A DNA stretch of 20,000 nucleotides from Candidatus Harpocratesius repetitus (GCA_021498095.1 JAIZWK010000001.1:1393666-1413665); one strand, 5' to 3'. Positions 1 through 8,955 are shown, counted from the first letter of the stretch. Notes: generated from the letters alone by a model not told the origin. A program made the numbers and translations.

Positions 1-84
1 TTCCATGATTTTCAATTCGTAAACAACTGTATTATTCTCAAATATTAGTATAAATATAAAGGGAAGTGTTCTTTAGTAAGATCC

Positions 85-1272
85 ATGCACCTATTCATCT
101 ATTTCTTCTCCATATTTAAAAAACATAAGGCGCGATATTTTGCTTGTATTCTTGGATTTGGAGTTGCTTTGGGTGCTGTTTTTGGTGTTTCTGCCTACTC
201 TGCTATATTAGATGATACGGTAAATAGATTTTATTTTTTGGAGGATAATTCTTACCTTGTTCTAAGTAAGGGTACAAATGTACTTCAGATTATACCATTT
301 GAGTCTCAAATACCAGAAAATGTATCAACTTCATTGCTTGAAAATGCAGGAGTAACCTATACATTACCTATAATTTTTAAAAATTTTAGTAATGAAACTC
401 AATTTAAATGGTTGAAAAATGTAATTGTGGGTATTAACTTTAACAATTTGCGAAATCTTTACATGAAAGATGTTGGATTGCAAGAAGGTGTCTGGCCGCA
501 AGATCCAAATAAAGAAATTGTTGTTGGACCTAATATTGAGTTTGAAAATCTATCATTAGGAAGTGTAATTCCTATTCGGGGGAAGAACCTCACTGTTTCT
601 GGTATTCTAAATCCATCAAATGTATTCTTTGATAAATTTATTTATTTAGATTATTCATTAAGTCAAAGTTTATTTGATATGGATGGGTTGTGCACTGTAA
701 TTTATGTTTTAGGAAATCCTGATATACTTAATAATCCACAAATTATCCAATCGCTCGAAGATTCTGTGGAATCACAATATCCATCCGTTGATTTTATTGA
801 TTCGGATGAGTTAGATGAAGCATCTGGGTTCTTTTATCAAATGTTGGACGTTTTTAATGTAATAATGACTCTATTTCCTCTTTTTATCAGTGGGTTATTT
901 ATCTTTATTCTTATGTTGCTTAATGTAAAAGATCAAGAACAAGAATTTGGAATGCTCCGTGCCATTGGAATGCCGTTAGAATATATTGGTGTTATTATCT
1001 TTTTCCAAAGTATACTAATTACTGGATTTGGCTATCTGATTAGTTTAATCATAGGAAATTTATATTTTATGTATGGTTTTTACGTTTTTCGAAAGAATAT
1101 TGAAACTAATGGTATTTTCAGTTATGTTAGAGATATGATTCAACAAATTCCATCATCAATTTATATTCAAACTTTAATTGTTTCTTTATTTGTCGGAGTT
1201 ATTATCTCAATTTATCCATCTTTTCGCGCTATGCGGCAATCAATTGTCCAAACGTTCAGGAAAGAAGAGTGA
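85..1272 (+). CDS. FtsX/MacB-like ABC transporter permease
   Basis: 395 aa ORF with an N-terminal TM, a large extracytoplasmic domain and three C-terminal TM segments. Contains the FtsX-like region 'NVKDQEQEFGMLRAIGMPLEYIGVIIFFQSILITGFGYLISLIIG'. Upstream of a second permease and a cognate ATPase. Confidence 0.85.
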   Translation: MHLFIYFFSIFKKHKARYFACILGFGVALGAVFGVSAYSAILDDTVNRFYFLEDNSYLVLSKGTNVLQIIPFESQIPENVSTSLLENAGVTYTLPIIFKNFSNETQFKWLKNVIVGINFNNLRNLYMKDVGLQEGVWPQDPNKEIVVGPNIEFENLSLGSVIPIRGKNLTVSGILNPSNVFFDKFIYLDYSLSQSLFDMDGLCTVIYVLGNPDILNNPQIIQSLEDSVESQYPSVDFIDSDELDEASGFFYQMLDVFNVIMTLFPLFISGLFIFILMLLNVKDQEQEFGMLRAIGMPLEYIGVIIFFQSILITGFGYLISLIIGNLYFMYGFYVFRKNIETNGIFSYVRDMIQQIPSSIYIQTLIVSLFVGVIISIYPSFRAMRQSIVQTFRKEE

Positions 1273-1279
1273 TTATTCA

Positions 1280-2437
1280 ATGAAATTTAATCAATACATT
1301 TTCAATAACCTTACTCAAAAAAAAGTTAGAACGATATTATGTATAATAGGAATTGCTACCAGCTTGGTAAGTTCTACTGTTATGGCACTATTAACTGATT
1401 ATTATTCTTCTCGTACTTCAACTTTCTTTCGGCCATTTCCAGAATTTGATGAAGTACTAGAAAGAGGTACAAACTTTATACAACTAATACCAGTTGGTTC
1501 AACGATAGATTTAGAAGTTAAATCCGATTTAGATACTTATTTTAACATTGATTCGATTCCTCTTCTTATTGTTCCTAATAATAAAGATTTACTCTCTTTT
1601 TATAATAATTATATTTATGGTGTTCCTTTTTTACAACAGCAAATATTATTTCAGAGTATTTATCTTCAAATGGGACGTTGGCCACAAAATTCGAACGAAA
1701 TAGTAGTTGGAAATGAGTATTTGGATAAAAAAGAATTAACTTTATTTAATCATACTTTTCCTATCGTTGGTGTAATTAGTAAGCAATATTCTTATTTAGA
1801 TCGAATTATTATTATGGATCATAGTATTCTTGAGCAAAAAACGGGTAATTTAGGAAAAACCACGGTAATCTTCATCCCATCATTTTTAGAAAAGAATATT
1901 TCTAAAATTGATAAATTTGAGTTAGAAAATAGTCATATTGATATTTTGACTTCTTCTGAAATGGAGGCTCTTCATGGGCAGATAGGGGATTTCATGAATA
2001 ATCTAGTGAATGTATTAAGTGTTTTTACTGCAGGTGCTTCGATTATATTTGTTTTCTCACTAGAATTAATGAATATTTTTAGTCGTAAGAAAGATTTTGA
2101 TATTTTTCGAATTTTAGGAGCAAAAACTAAAACTATATTTCAGACAGTTGTTATCGAAAATTTTATTTTGCTAATTTCTGGACTAATTATTGGGATTCCT
2201 GTCTCAATTTTGAGTTTTTCTCTTTTATATTCTTATCTTATCTTAAATGTTAATCAAAGTACAACTTTTTTTACAGGATTCTCCAAAGGTTGGAATTATA
2301 TATTTCACCCTTTTCAATGGGATTTATTTATAGAAAACATTCTCATAATTAGCATTGCAAATATCGGGTTTGCTTTGATAATTTCTCTTATAGGGCTCCG
2401 TCAATACAAATTATCTGAGTTAAAACAAAAATATTAA
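1280..2437 (+). CDS. FtsX/MacB-like ABC transporter permease, paralogous to the preceding gene
   Basis: The ORF track starts at 1178, but that extension overlaps the upstream gene. The likely start is ATG at 1280 (MKFNQYIFNNLTQKKVRTILCIIGIATSLVSS). C-terminal FtsX motif is 'FSRKKDFDIFRILGAKTKTIFQTVVIENFILLISGLIIG'. Confidence 0.85.
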   Translation: MKFNQYIFNNLTQKKVRTILCIIGIATSLVSSTVMALLTDYYSSRTSTFFRPFPEFDEVLERGTNFIQLIPVGSTIDLEVKSDLDTYFNIDSIPLLIVPNNKDLLSFYNNYIYGVPFLQQQILFQSIYLQMGRWPQNSNEIVVGNEYLDKKELTLFNHTFPIVGVISKQYSYLDRIIIMDHSILEQKTGNLGKTTVIFIPSFLEKNISKIDKFELENSHIDILTSSEMEALHGQIGDFMNNLVNVLSVFTAGASIIFVFSLELMNIFSRKKDFDIFRILGAKTKTIFQTVVIENFILLISGLIIGIPVSILSFSLLYSYLILNVNQSTTFFTGFSKGWNYIFHPFQWDLFIENILIISIANIGFALIISLIGLRQYKLSELKQKY

Positions 2438-2453
2438 GGTGAATCGTTAAAAT

Positions 2454-3167
2454 ATGAATTCTATTTCAACAAAAACAATGAATCAAAAAGAAGAAATTAT
2501 TCTTCAATTAACTGGGATTGAGAAAAGTTATAAAACATATTCAGAAACACTACATGTTCTACGTGGCGTAGATTTAACCATACATCGTGGTGAAATTGTT
2601 AGCATTATGGGACCAAGTGGTTCGGGGAAGTCTACTCTTCTTAATATCATTGGATTACTTGATACATATGATTCTGGAATGTATTCAATCGCTGGGATTG
2701 ATACTACAAATTTAACACGAAAACAAAAACAGCAAATTCGTCTACAAAAAATCGGTTTTGTGTTTCAAACCTTTAATCTCATCCAAACTTTGACAGTACA
2801 GCAAAATATTGAATTACCTATGAATTTACTAAGAAAATCTCAAGAAAATCAACATAAAAGATCTTCTGAATTAATGGCTGAGTTTGGTTTAACAACTAAA
2901 AAGAAGAAATTTCCTTATCAACTTAGCATTGGAGAGCAGCAACGAGTTTCAATTGCAAGAGCTTTAGTAAATAATCCTGTAATTATTTTATGTGATGAAC
3001 CAACTGGAAATTTGGATGAAGAAAATGCTCAGACAATTTTGAATCATTTATCCAATTTGAAGCGGTTTAATACCACAATCTTAATTGTGACTCACAATCC
3101 TTCAATTAAGCAAATCACAGATAGAAATTTCATCCTTTCTCATGGAAAAATTGAACAGCAAGCTTGA
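2454..3167 (+). CDS. ABC transporter ATP-binding protein, MacB/LolD-like
   Basis: Walker A GPSGSGKST, Q-loop VFQTFNL, signature LSIGEQQR, Walker B VIILCDEPTGNLD and H-loop VTHNP. Immediately follows the two permeases. Confidence 0.95.
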   Translation: MNSISTKTMNQKEEIILQLTGIEKSYKTYSETLHVLRGVDLTIHRGEIVSIMGPSGSGKSTLLNIIGLLDTYDSGMYSIAGIDTTNLTRKQKQQIRLQKIGFVFQTFNLIQTLTVQQNIELPMNLLRKSQENQHKRSSELMAEFGLTTKKKKFPYQLSIGEQQRVSIARALVNNPVIILCDEPTGNLDEENAQTILNHLSNLKRFNTTILIVTHNPSIKQITDRNFILSHGKIEQQA

Positions 3168-3259
3168 TCACTTAATTTTTTGCTCTTATTCTTGATTGCT
3201 TCTCTCGATCATATTCACAAATAAATAATTTTTATTTATATCCCCACTTTATTTAAACC

Positions 3260-4387
3260 GTGAATTTAACCATTAATCCTAAATTTTCTGCGATTTCGAA
3301 TTTCAGAAAATATACACTAATATCTATTTCTTATATTTTGCTTTTCTTAGCTGTAGCCCCAAACTTTTATTATATTAATTGTGAAATTACTCCAAATTCT
3401 TATAATACGCTTATTCCTCATATTCAACCTTCTCAACAGTCTAATCAGATTGTTTCTCTGTCTTATAATGTTTACTATGAAATACATGATGAGACAAAAG
3501 AAAGTGATGAATTTTTGATATCCATGCTCATTAATGGAACAAATTTGATTTATGAAAATGGAACAATTCAATATCGATTATCGAAGCCAATTTTAAATCC
3601 TACAGTAGTTAATGCGCTATCTTTCATATTTGGAGAAGAACAGGCAGGATTTTTAGCAAATAATGAAAATAATTTGTCTTTACTCACAGAATTCTCATAT
3701 CGTCGAGAACGATTGAATGATGTAAATTCAAATCAAGATTTTACTATTAATTCAACCTATACAATTTTTTGGCTTAATAGTTCAGATCGACCAACGAATT
3801 TCCTTCATGATTATCAGCAAATTCCGTTTTTCCAAGTATCTGGCCCCATAATGTTTACTTTACGAAAAGATCATCCAGACGTTGCTTCACCAAAGTGGAG
3901 TCCAGACATTCGAGATTTACGTAAAAATAATCCCATTTTGCCAACTTATTATCTTACACTCAATTTAAATAATCAAATCACCGTTAAATTATATTATGAT
4001 ATGACTTGGAGTCTTTTACTTCGTGCAGAAGTGCAGTATGTTAATCCTAATGATGAATCAAATACATATTTCATCCGTATGTATCTTGAATCGTCTTCTC
4101 TTCCTTTCACCTTTTCTGATTCCAATCCTTATCGAGAAGAATATTTAAAAAACCTAACAATTGTGTTATCGATTATTGGAAGTATTATTGTTATTGCAAC
4201 ATCCATTGGATTTTTAATGTATCGAAACCGAAAAAATAAAGCTGAAGATAGAATAAAAGCTGAAAAAAACACTTCACATGGAGAAGTGGAAAGTAATAAT
4301 TTGGAATCGAATAAAGGAATTAAAAAGAAAAAGAAAAAGAAAAAAGGTAAGAAATTAGATTCTCAATCTATATTAAATCGAATTTAA
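3260..4387 (+). CDS. Hypothetical membrane-anchored extracytoplasmic protein with a Lys-rich cytoplasmic tail
   Basis: N-terminal hydrophobic segment (YTLISISYILLFLAVAPNFYYI), an ectodomain of about 270 aa, one C-terminal TM (NLTIVLSIIGSIIVIATSIGFLMY), then a basic tail containing KKKKKKKKGKK. GTG start. Same strand as the ABC module. Confidence 0.7.
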   Translation: MNLTINPKFSAISNFRKYTLISISYILLFLAVAPNFYYINCEITPNSYNTLIPHIQPSQQSNQIVSLSYNVYYEIHDETKESDEFLISMLINGTNLIYENGTIQYRLSKPILNPTVVNALSFIFGEEQAGFLANNENNLSLLTEFSYRRERLNDVNSNQDFTINSTYTIFWLNSSDRPTNFLHDYQQIPFFQVSGPIMFTLRKDHPDVASPKWSPDIRDLRKNNPILPTYYLTLNLNNQITVKLYYDMTWSLLLRAEVQYVNPNDESNTYFIRMYLESSSLPFTFSDSNPYREEYLKNLTIVLSIIGSIIVIATSIGFLMYRNRKNKAEDRIKAEKNTSHGEVESNNLESNKGIKKKKKKKKGKKLDSQSILNRI

Positions 4388-4407
4388 TAGCAAAAGTGGA
4401 ATTAAAC

Positions 4408-4824
4408 ATGAGTAAAAATCGCAATAACATAAATATCGAAAATATAAGTAATTTTTTATCGTTTTTTACCCATTTTCTTCAATTTAGCGGGATTATAGAA
4501 ATGGTTATTGCTGTTGGTTTTTTTTTCTTGCCTTTAGTTGCTGATAGTTTTGGAATCGATTTGGGGATTCCATTATTTTACTTGTTCGCTGCAGTGGAAT
4601 TCTTAACTCTCGGATTTCTGCTGTGGTACGCTGCTCGTGATCCGAAGAAATATAGAATTATTATTGTTTCTTCATGTGCTTTCCGATTTCTAATGATTAT
4701 TCCTGAACTTACAACCATCATTTTGTATCCACAATTCTCTTTGATATTATTTATAGGACTTGCTTATGATTGGATTTCTTCCATTTTTACGCTCATTTCA
4801 ATGAAATATTTAAATTTCCTCTAA
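4408..4824 (+). CDS. Hypothetical small integral membrane protein (about four TM)
   Basis: Hydrophobic ORF. The track start at 4396 is GTG; ATG at 4408 (MSKNRNN...) is equally plausible. Confidence 0.6.
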   Translation: MSKNRNNINIENISNFLSFFTHFLQFSGIIEMVIAVGFFFLPLVADSFGIDLGIPLFYLFAAVEFLTLGFLLWYAARDPKKYRIIIVSSCAFRFLMIIPELTTIILYPQFSLILFIGLAYDWISSIFTLISMKYLNFL

Positions 4825-4838
4825 AATTTGGTGCTAAA

Positions 4839-5543
4839 ATGATATACATTGTTCGCTTCTTTCAAGGAAATGCTTCTAGATTATCATACTTAATTTTTTA
4901 TTCATTGAATATACTTTTATTTCTTGCAGGTGCTCTTATCTTAAGTCAATTTTATCCTAATGGATATAATTTTTGGGAAAATACGATAAGCAGTTTAGGA
5001 AGTTATAAAAAGAATCCTATTGGTGCATTTTGGTGGAATTTAATTTTATTTATTTTTGCAATTATATTAAGTGGAAATATTTCCTTTATTTATCAGCAAA
5101 TTCAAAATTTAAATAATTTTTTGACACTAAAGCAAAGTAGAAATAAAAGAATTCGAAAAATAAATTTGCTGCTTGTGATTTTCGCCATTGTTGGGATTTT
5201 TGGTGTGTCTATTTTTCCTGAAGAACTTGGGGTTATTCATGTAATATTTGCAGTTATGTTTTACTTCGGAATCGTTATTTGGCTAAACATTGTCATCTGG
5301 TGGGCAATTTCCTTAAAAAGATCTCGTAAAATATTAAGTATTCCTATAGTATTTTTAGATATTGTTTTTATACTTACTCTTTTTCTACCAGAATTTTCAG
5401 TTCCTTTTCTATTCCAGAATTATGCTACCTTTCTGTTTTCTTTTCCATTTTGGGAATGGTTCTGCTTTTTAGTTATTTATTTTGTTATCGGATACGCTAA
5501 TTGGTTCGTGCTCTACCTTAAATCAGATACTAAAATCAAGTAA
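4839..5543 (+). CDS. DUF998-like integral membrane protein
   Basis: About six TM helices. Contains DUF998-like 'ISSLGSYKKNPIGAFWWNLILFIFAI' and 'FPEELGVIHVIFAVMFYFGI'. The track start at 4770 lies inside the upstream ORF, and ATG at 4839 (MIYIVRFFQG) is more likely. Confidence 0.6.
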   Translation: MIYIVRFFQGNASRLSYLIFYSLNILLFLAGALILSQFYPNGYNFWENTISSLGSYKKNPIGAFWWNLILFIFAIILSGNISFIYQQIQNLNNFLTLKQSRNKRIRKINLLLVIFAIVGIFGVSIFPEELGVIHVIFAVMFYFGIVIWLNIVIWWAISLKRSRKILSIPIVFLDIVFILTLFLPEFSVPFLFQNYATFLFSFPFWEWFCFLVIYFVIGYANWFVLYLKSDTKIK

Positions 5544-5651
5544 TTATATATTCCACTTATTCAAGATACAATTAAAAAAACACCTTAAAATTTATTATTC
5601 ATCTTGAATCAGATACCTTAGGGTTAAATATTAACCCAGTGAATTAAAAAA

Positions 5652-5972
5652 ATGTCTAGTGAAAATGAATCAGCTGAAAAACCTATGATCCGACGATTGG
5701 TTTTGGATATCTTGAAGCCTTTTGACCCCGAAATTAATATTGTTGCAAAAGAACTGATTAATCGATGTTCAAGCAGCGATGTTTCGGTCAATATCACTGT
5801 TTACGAAGTGGATAAATTAACCACAACCTGTAAGGTTATAATTGAAGGTACTCATTTAGATTACGATGAAATACAGGAAATCTTAATAAGCATGAATTGT
5901 GTTATTCATTCCCTGGACCAAGTTGTAGCAGGAAGCAAATTGGTTGAAGATATCGATACTCCGCTGGATTAG
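5652..5972 (+). CDS. DUF211 family protein
   Basis: 106 aa. 'IRRLVLDILKPFDPEI...VNITVYEVDKLTTTCKVIIEGTHLDYDEIQEILISMNCVIHSLDQVVAGSK' matches my recall of the archaeal DUF211 pattern. Confidence 0.85.
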   Translation: MSSENESAEKPMIRRLVLDILKPFDPEINIVAKELINRCSSSDVSVNITVYEVDKLTTTCKVIIEGTHLDYDEIQEILISMNCVIHSLDQVVAGSKLVEDIDTPLD

Positions 5973-6049
5973 TGGACAGGTTTTTTAAAAAAAACTTGAA
6001 ATCTTTTCGACAATAAAATTTTTACTTTTTATTTTTATTTTTAATTATA

Positions 6050-6078
6050 TCGGGAAAAATCATCAACAGATTTCCCGA
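6050..6078. terminator. Perfect 8-bp inverted repeat with a 13-nt loop, between DUF211 (+) and the 5S array (-)
   Basis: TCGGGAAA-AATCATCAACAGA-TTTCCCGA. Preceded on the + strand by T-rich tracts. Sits between convergent transcription units. The terminator function is inferred. Confidence 0.35.
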
Positions 6079-6226
6079 ATTATTATTTTCCTTTAAAAAT
6101 TTGATAAATATAGTTTAATTAAACTTCTATTCATCAAAAAATAAATTCAAGCCTACAGGAAAAATCATTTAATTTTTAATTTGTGATGAAAATTTAATAT
6201 GATAATTATTCAAAATCAGAATGGGA

Positions 6227-6345
6227 GTCTCTCAGTTTTAAGTTTTGCAATATTCGAGATATCACTACTTACTTAAACGCATCGGAATTTAATTTCTGTG
6301 TTCGGAATGGGAACAGATGGAACTTCCGACCTATGACCGAGAGAC
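6227..6345 (-). rRNA. rrf: 5S rRNA, copy 1
   Basis: 119 nt. The minus-strand RNA is GUCUCUCGGUCAUAGGUCGGAAGUUCCAUCUGUUCCCAUUCCGAACACAGAAAUUAAAUUCCGAUGCG...AACUUAAAACUGAGAGAC. It has the universal core CCCAUUCCGAACACAGAA(A)UUAA and a perfect 10-bp helix I (GUCUCUCGGU/ACUGAGAGAC). It also has a plausible helix IV (GUGAUAU/AUAUUGC). Confidence 0.93.
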
Positions 6346-6366
6346 AATTAATTCAGTAATGCAAAA

Positions 6367-6374
6367 TATTTAAA
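6367..6374 (-). promoter_or_regulatory. TATA box of 5S copy 1
   Basis: TTTAAATA on the minus strand, centred about 25 nt upstream of the first 5S nucleotide (6345). Confidence 0.7.
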
Positions 6375-6600
6375 CTTGCCTTGTCGCGCCCAGTTCCCAC
6401 CATCCTTTTTGAATTTTATTGAATTGTAATATATTTGATATTTATTTGATAAATTAAGAAAAATGCAGGAAAATATGATAAATTCATTTTAATTAAATTT
6501 CTATTCATCAAAAAATAAATTCAAGCCCACAGGAAAATTCATTTAATTTTTAATTTGTGATGAAAATTTAATATGATAATTATTCAAAATCAGAATGGGA

Positions 6601-6719
6601 GTCTCTCAGTTTTAAGTTTTGCAATATTCGAGATATCACTACTTACTTAAACGCATCGGAATTTAATTTCTGTGTTCGGAATGGGAACAGATGGAACTTC
6701 CGACCTATGACCGAGAGAC
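6601..6719 (-). rRNA. rrf: 5S rRNA, copy 2
   Basis: Identical 119-nt sequence to copy 1, offset by 374 bp. Confidence 0.93.
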
Positions 6720-6740
6720 AATTAATTCAGTAATGCAAAA

Positions 6741-6748
6741 TATTTAAA
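6741..6748 (-). promoter_or_regulatory. TATA box of 5S copy 2
   Basis: TTTAAATA at the same spacing as in copy 1. Confidence 0.7.
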
Positions 6749-6975
6749 CTTGCCTTGTCGCGCCCAGTTCCCACCATCCTTTTTGAATTTTATTGAAATG
6801 TAATATATTTGATATTTATTTGATAAATTAAGAAAAATGCAGGAAAATATGATAAATTCATTTTAATTAAATTTTTATTCATCAAAAAATAAATTCAAGC
6901 CTACAGGAAAAATCATTTAATTTTTAATTTGGGATGAAAATTTAATATTATAAATTATTTAAAATCAGAATGGGA

Positions 6976-7094
6976 GTCTCTCAGTTTTAAGTTTTGCAAT
7001 ATTCGAGATATCACTACTTACTTAAACGCATCGGAATTTAATTTCTGTGTTCGGAATGGGAACAGATGGAACTTCCGACCTATGACCGAGAGAC
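6976..7094 (-). rRNA. rrf: 5S rRNA, copy 3
   Basis: Identical 119-nt sequence to copies 1 and 2, offset by 375 bp from copy 2. Confidence 0.93.
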
Positions 7095-7115
7095 AATTAA
7101 TTCAGTAATGCAAAA

Positions 7116-7123
7116 TATTTAAA
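7116..7123 (-). promoter_or_regulatory. TATA box of 5S copy 3
   Basis: TTTAAATA at the same spacing as in copies 1 and 2. Confidence 0.7.
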
Positions 7124-7642
7124 CTTGCCTTGTCGTGCCCAGTTCCCACCATCCTTTTTGAATTTTATTGAAATGTAATATATTTGATATTTAACTGATA
7201 AATTAAGAAAAATAATTAGCATAGTAAAAGGAAAATTGAAAAAAGAAAAATAAAAAAAAAATTGTCTTTTTGGTTTAATTCTACTTTCTTCGAGGCCAAC
7301 TAATTTTTGTTTATTTACAATTTCGATCATGAGGTATCAGGAAATTTTATATTCCATTTGTTCTATTTCTAACAATTTTTAACCGAAATATGCATGTGAT
7401 TTTTTTAACTTATCGAAATTCATTATTAACTGAATTCTCTTATTATAATATTGATTACTCGTCAATAACTTTAATCACTTAATCATTTGAGTTAACGCGC
7501 TTTGATATAGATATACTATTTCTTATTTATAAGAATTATAGAAAATTTTTCCACACAAAAAACCAAAAAAAATGAACATCTAGTTAAAAAGAAATTGAAA
7601 AAATATAATTTCTCAAGATAAGTTCCATACTTTTATGGACTT

Positions 7643-8764
7643 CTAAAGAAAATCTTGGGTGCAGTACTGTAATGCATTTAGGAATTCGAAAGCAATGCCG
7701 AAAATATGTGGAGAGAGTTCCGTTCGGGGATCATGTTCTAGCGAAAAATAATGTGGAATATCCTTTTCTTTTAATAGATCATGCATATTTTGTGCAAAAG
7801 AAAATAAACCATACTCATCATGAGAATCGCAAGACAACCAAATTTTCATAGAACGCAAGTTTTCTGGATTTTCTTCAAATATACGTAGTAAATCATATTT
7901 CTGCCAGTTTTTCCAAGCCTGTTCATCATATGAGATTAAATTTCCTTTAGAATCGAACTTTAAACTTGGAAGAAGGGGTCTATTGCCTGAAAAAATCATG
8001 TCTTGAGTCTCTAAAATATCTTCAAACATCATTTTTCCAAATTTTTGAGCTAATCGATGTCCCAGTAAACGTGAAATTAATGGAACAACCAAGTCCCATT
8101 GTAGTAGTTCTAATAGTGTATTAGCAGGGCTCAAGGCGGCAAATGCAGAAAAAAGATTAGAGAATTTATGTCCCAAATAAAGTGCGCCAAAACCACCCAT
8201 TGAACCACCTATCAAGACGCGGTGTTCACGATCTGGAATGGTACGAAAGTGTGAGTCTATATATTTGATAATATCTTGAGAAATATAATTCGCATAATTA
8301 CCAGAAAAAGGGGAATTAACATAAAAACTTCCTTTTGTTGAGCGGGCACCATCAAGACCTTTCAATCCACCTTTAACTCTGAGATGTAAACTTGCATCAG
8401 GTTGAACTATAATCATTGGTGGAAGCTTATGGTGTTTAATCATTTTGTCAATATGAATATACGTGGGGACTTTATCAATATGAAGTCCGTTTCCAATTGA
8501 TTTCATTAATATTTTTATTGGCTGCCAAGAAATCAAATCCAAATCGGGCATTAAAAGCCAATTTCCTGCATGTCCATCATATCCATGTAAAACATAAACC
8601 ACTGGATAATGATTATCAAAATTTTGATAATAATCTGGTGGAAGATAAACGCTAACAATTCGATTTACAGGACTTTTTAGTGGATTAGTTTCTAAACTAC
8701 GAGAATGTATCGTGTTTAGCAAATATCGGGGGTGTTTTGATTGATATTCCATAATAATGACCAA
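7643..8764 (-). CDS. Alpha/beta hydrolase, putative esterase (esterase D/enterochelin-esterase-like family)
   Basis: 'YPVVYVLHGYDGHAGNWLL', nucleophile elbow 'VLIGGSMGGFGALYLGHKF', acidic region 'SCDSHDEYGLF' and late histidine 'ELSPHIFGIAFEFL'. Confidence 0.85.
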   Translation of the reverse strand: MVIIMEYQSKHPRYLLNTIHSRSLETNPLKSPVNRIVSVYLPPDYYQNFDNHYPVVYVLHGYDGHAGNWLLMPDLDLISWQPIKILMKSIGNGLHIDKVPTYIHIDKMIKHHKLPPMIIVQPDASLHLRVKGGLKGLDGARSTKGSFYVNSPFSGNYANYISQDIIKYIDSHFRTIPDREHRVLIGGSMGGFGALYLGHKFSNLFSAFAALSPANTLLELLQWDLVVPLISRLLGHRLAQKFGKMMFEDILETQDMIFSGNRPLLPSLKFDSKGNLISYDEQAWKNWQKYDLLRIFEENPENLRSMKIWLSCDSHDEYGLFSFAQNMHDLLKEKDIPHYFSLEHDPRTELSPHIFGIAFEFLNALQYCTQDFL

Positions 8765-8955
8765 AATTGTGGAAAAAACTGTAAATTACAAACGATCAAA
8801 CTCAAATAACTTGATCTATTAAATGAAGAGTACTTTTAGATGAATGAATATCTATGTCCATATGTTTTAAATTTAGAATATGAATCGATTGAATAATAAA
8901 TGATTAATTTTTTCCTTTTTTTATTTTTTATAGAATGTTGATTTCTTTATTCCAG

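Larger units (their letters stand above)
6101..7214 (-). repeat. Three-unit tandem repeat, each unit holding one 5S rRNA gene and its promoter
   Basis: Units begin at about 6101, 6475 and 6849. They share near-identical sequence from '(a/t)tgataaat..ttaattaaa' through the 5S gene to 'aaattaagaaaaat'. The third unit carries small differences and a 1-nt length change. Confidence 0.95.

Noticed and set aside
3347-3571. 74-aa antisense ORF
   Set aside because: Lies entirely within the better-supported 3260-4387 gene on the other strand.
6101-7214. Possible CRISPR array or transposon-derived direct repeats
   Set aside because: Only three units of about 374 bp with no short repeat/spacer pattern. 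Each unit contains a recognisable 5S rRNA.
7097-7330. 77-aa ORF on the minus strand
   Set aside because: Low-complexity, AT-rich, and overlaps the promoter region of 5S copy 3. No recognisable domain.
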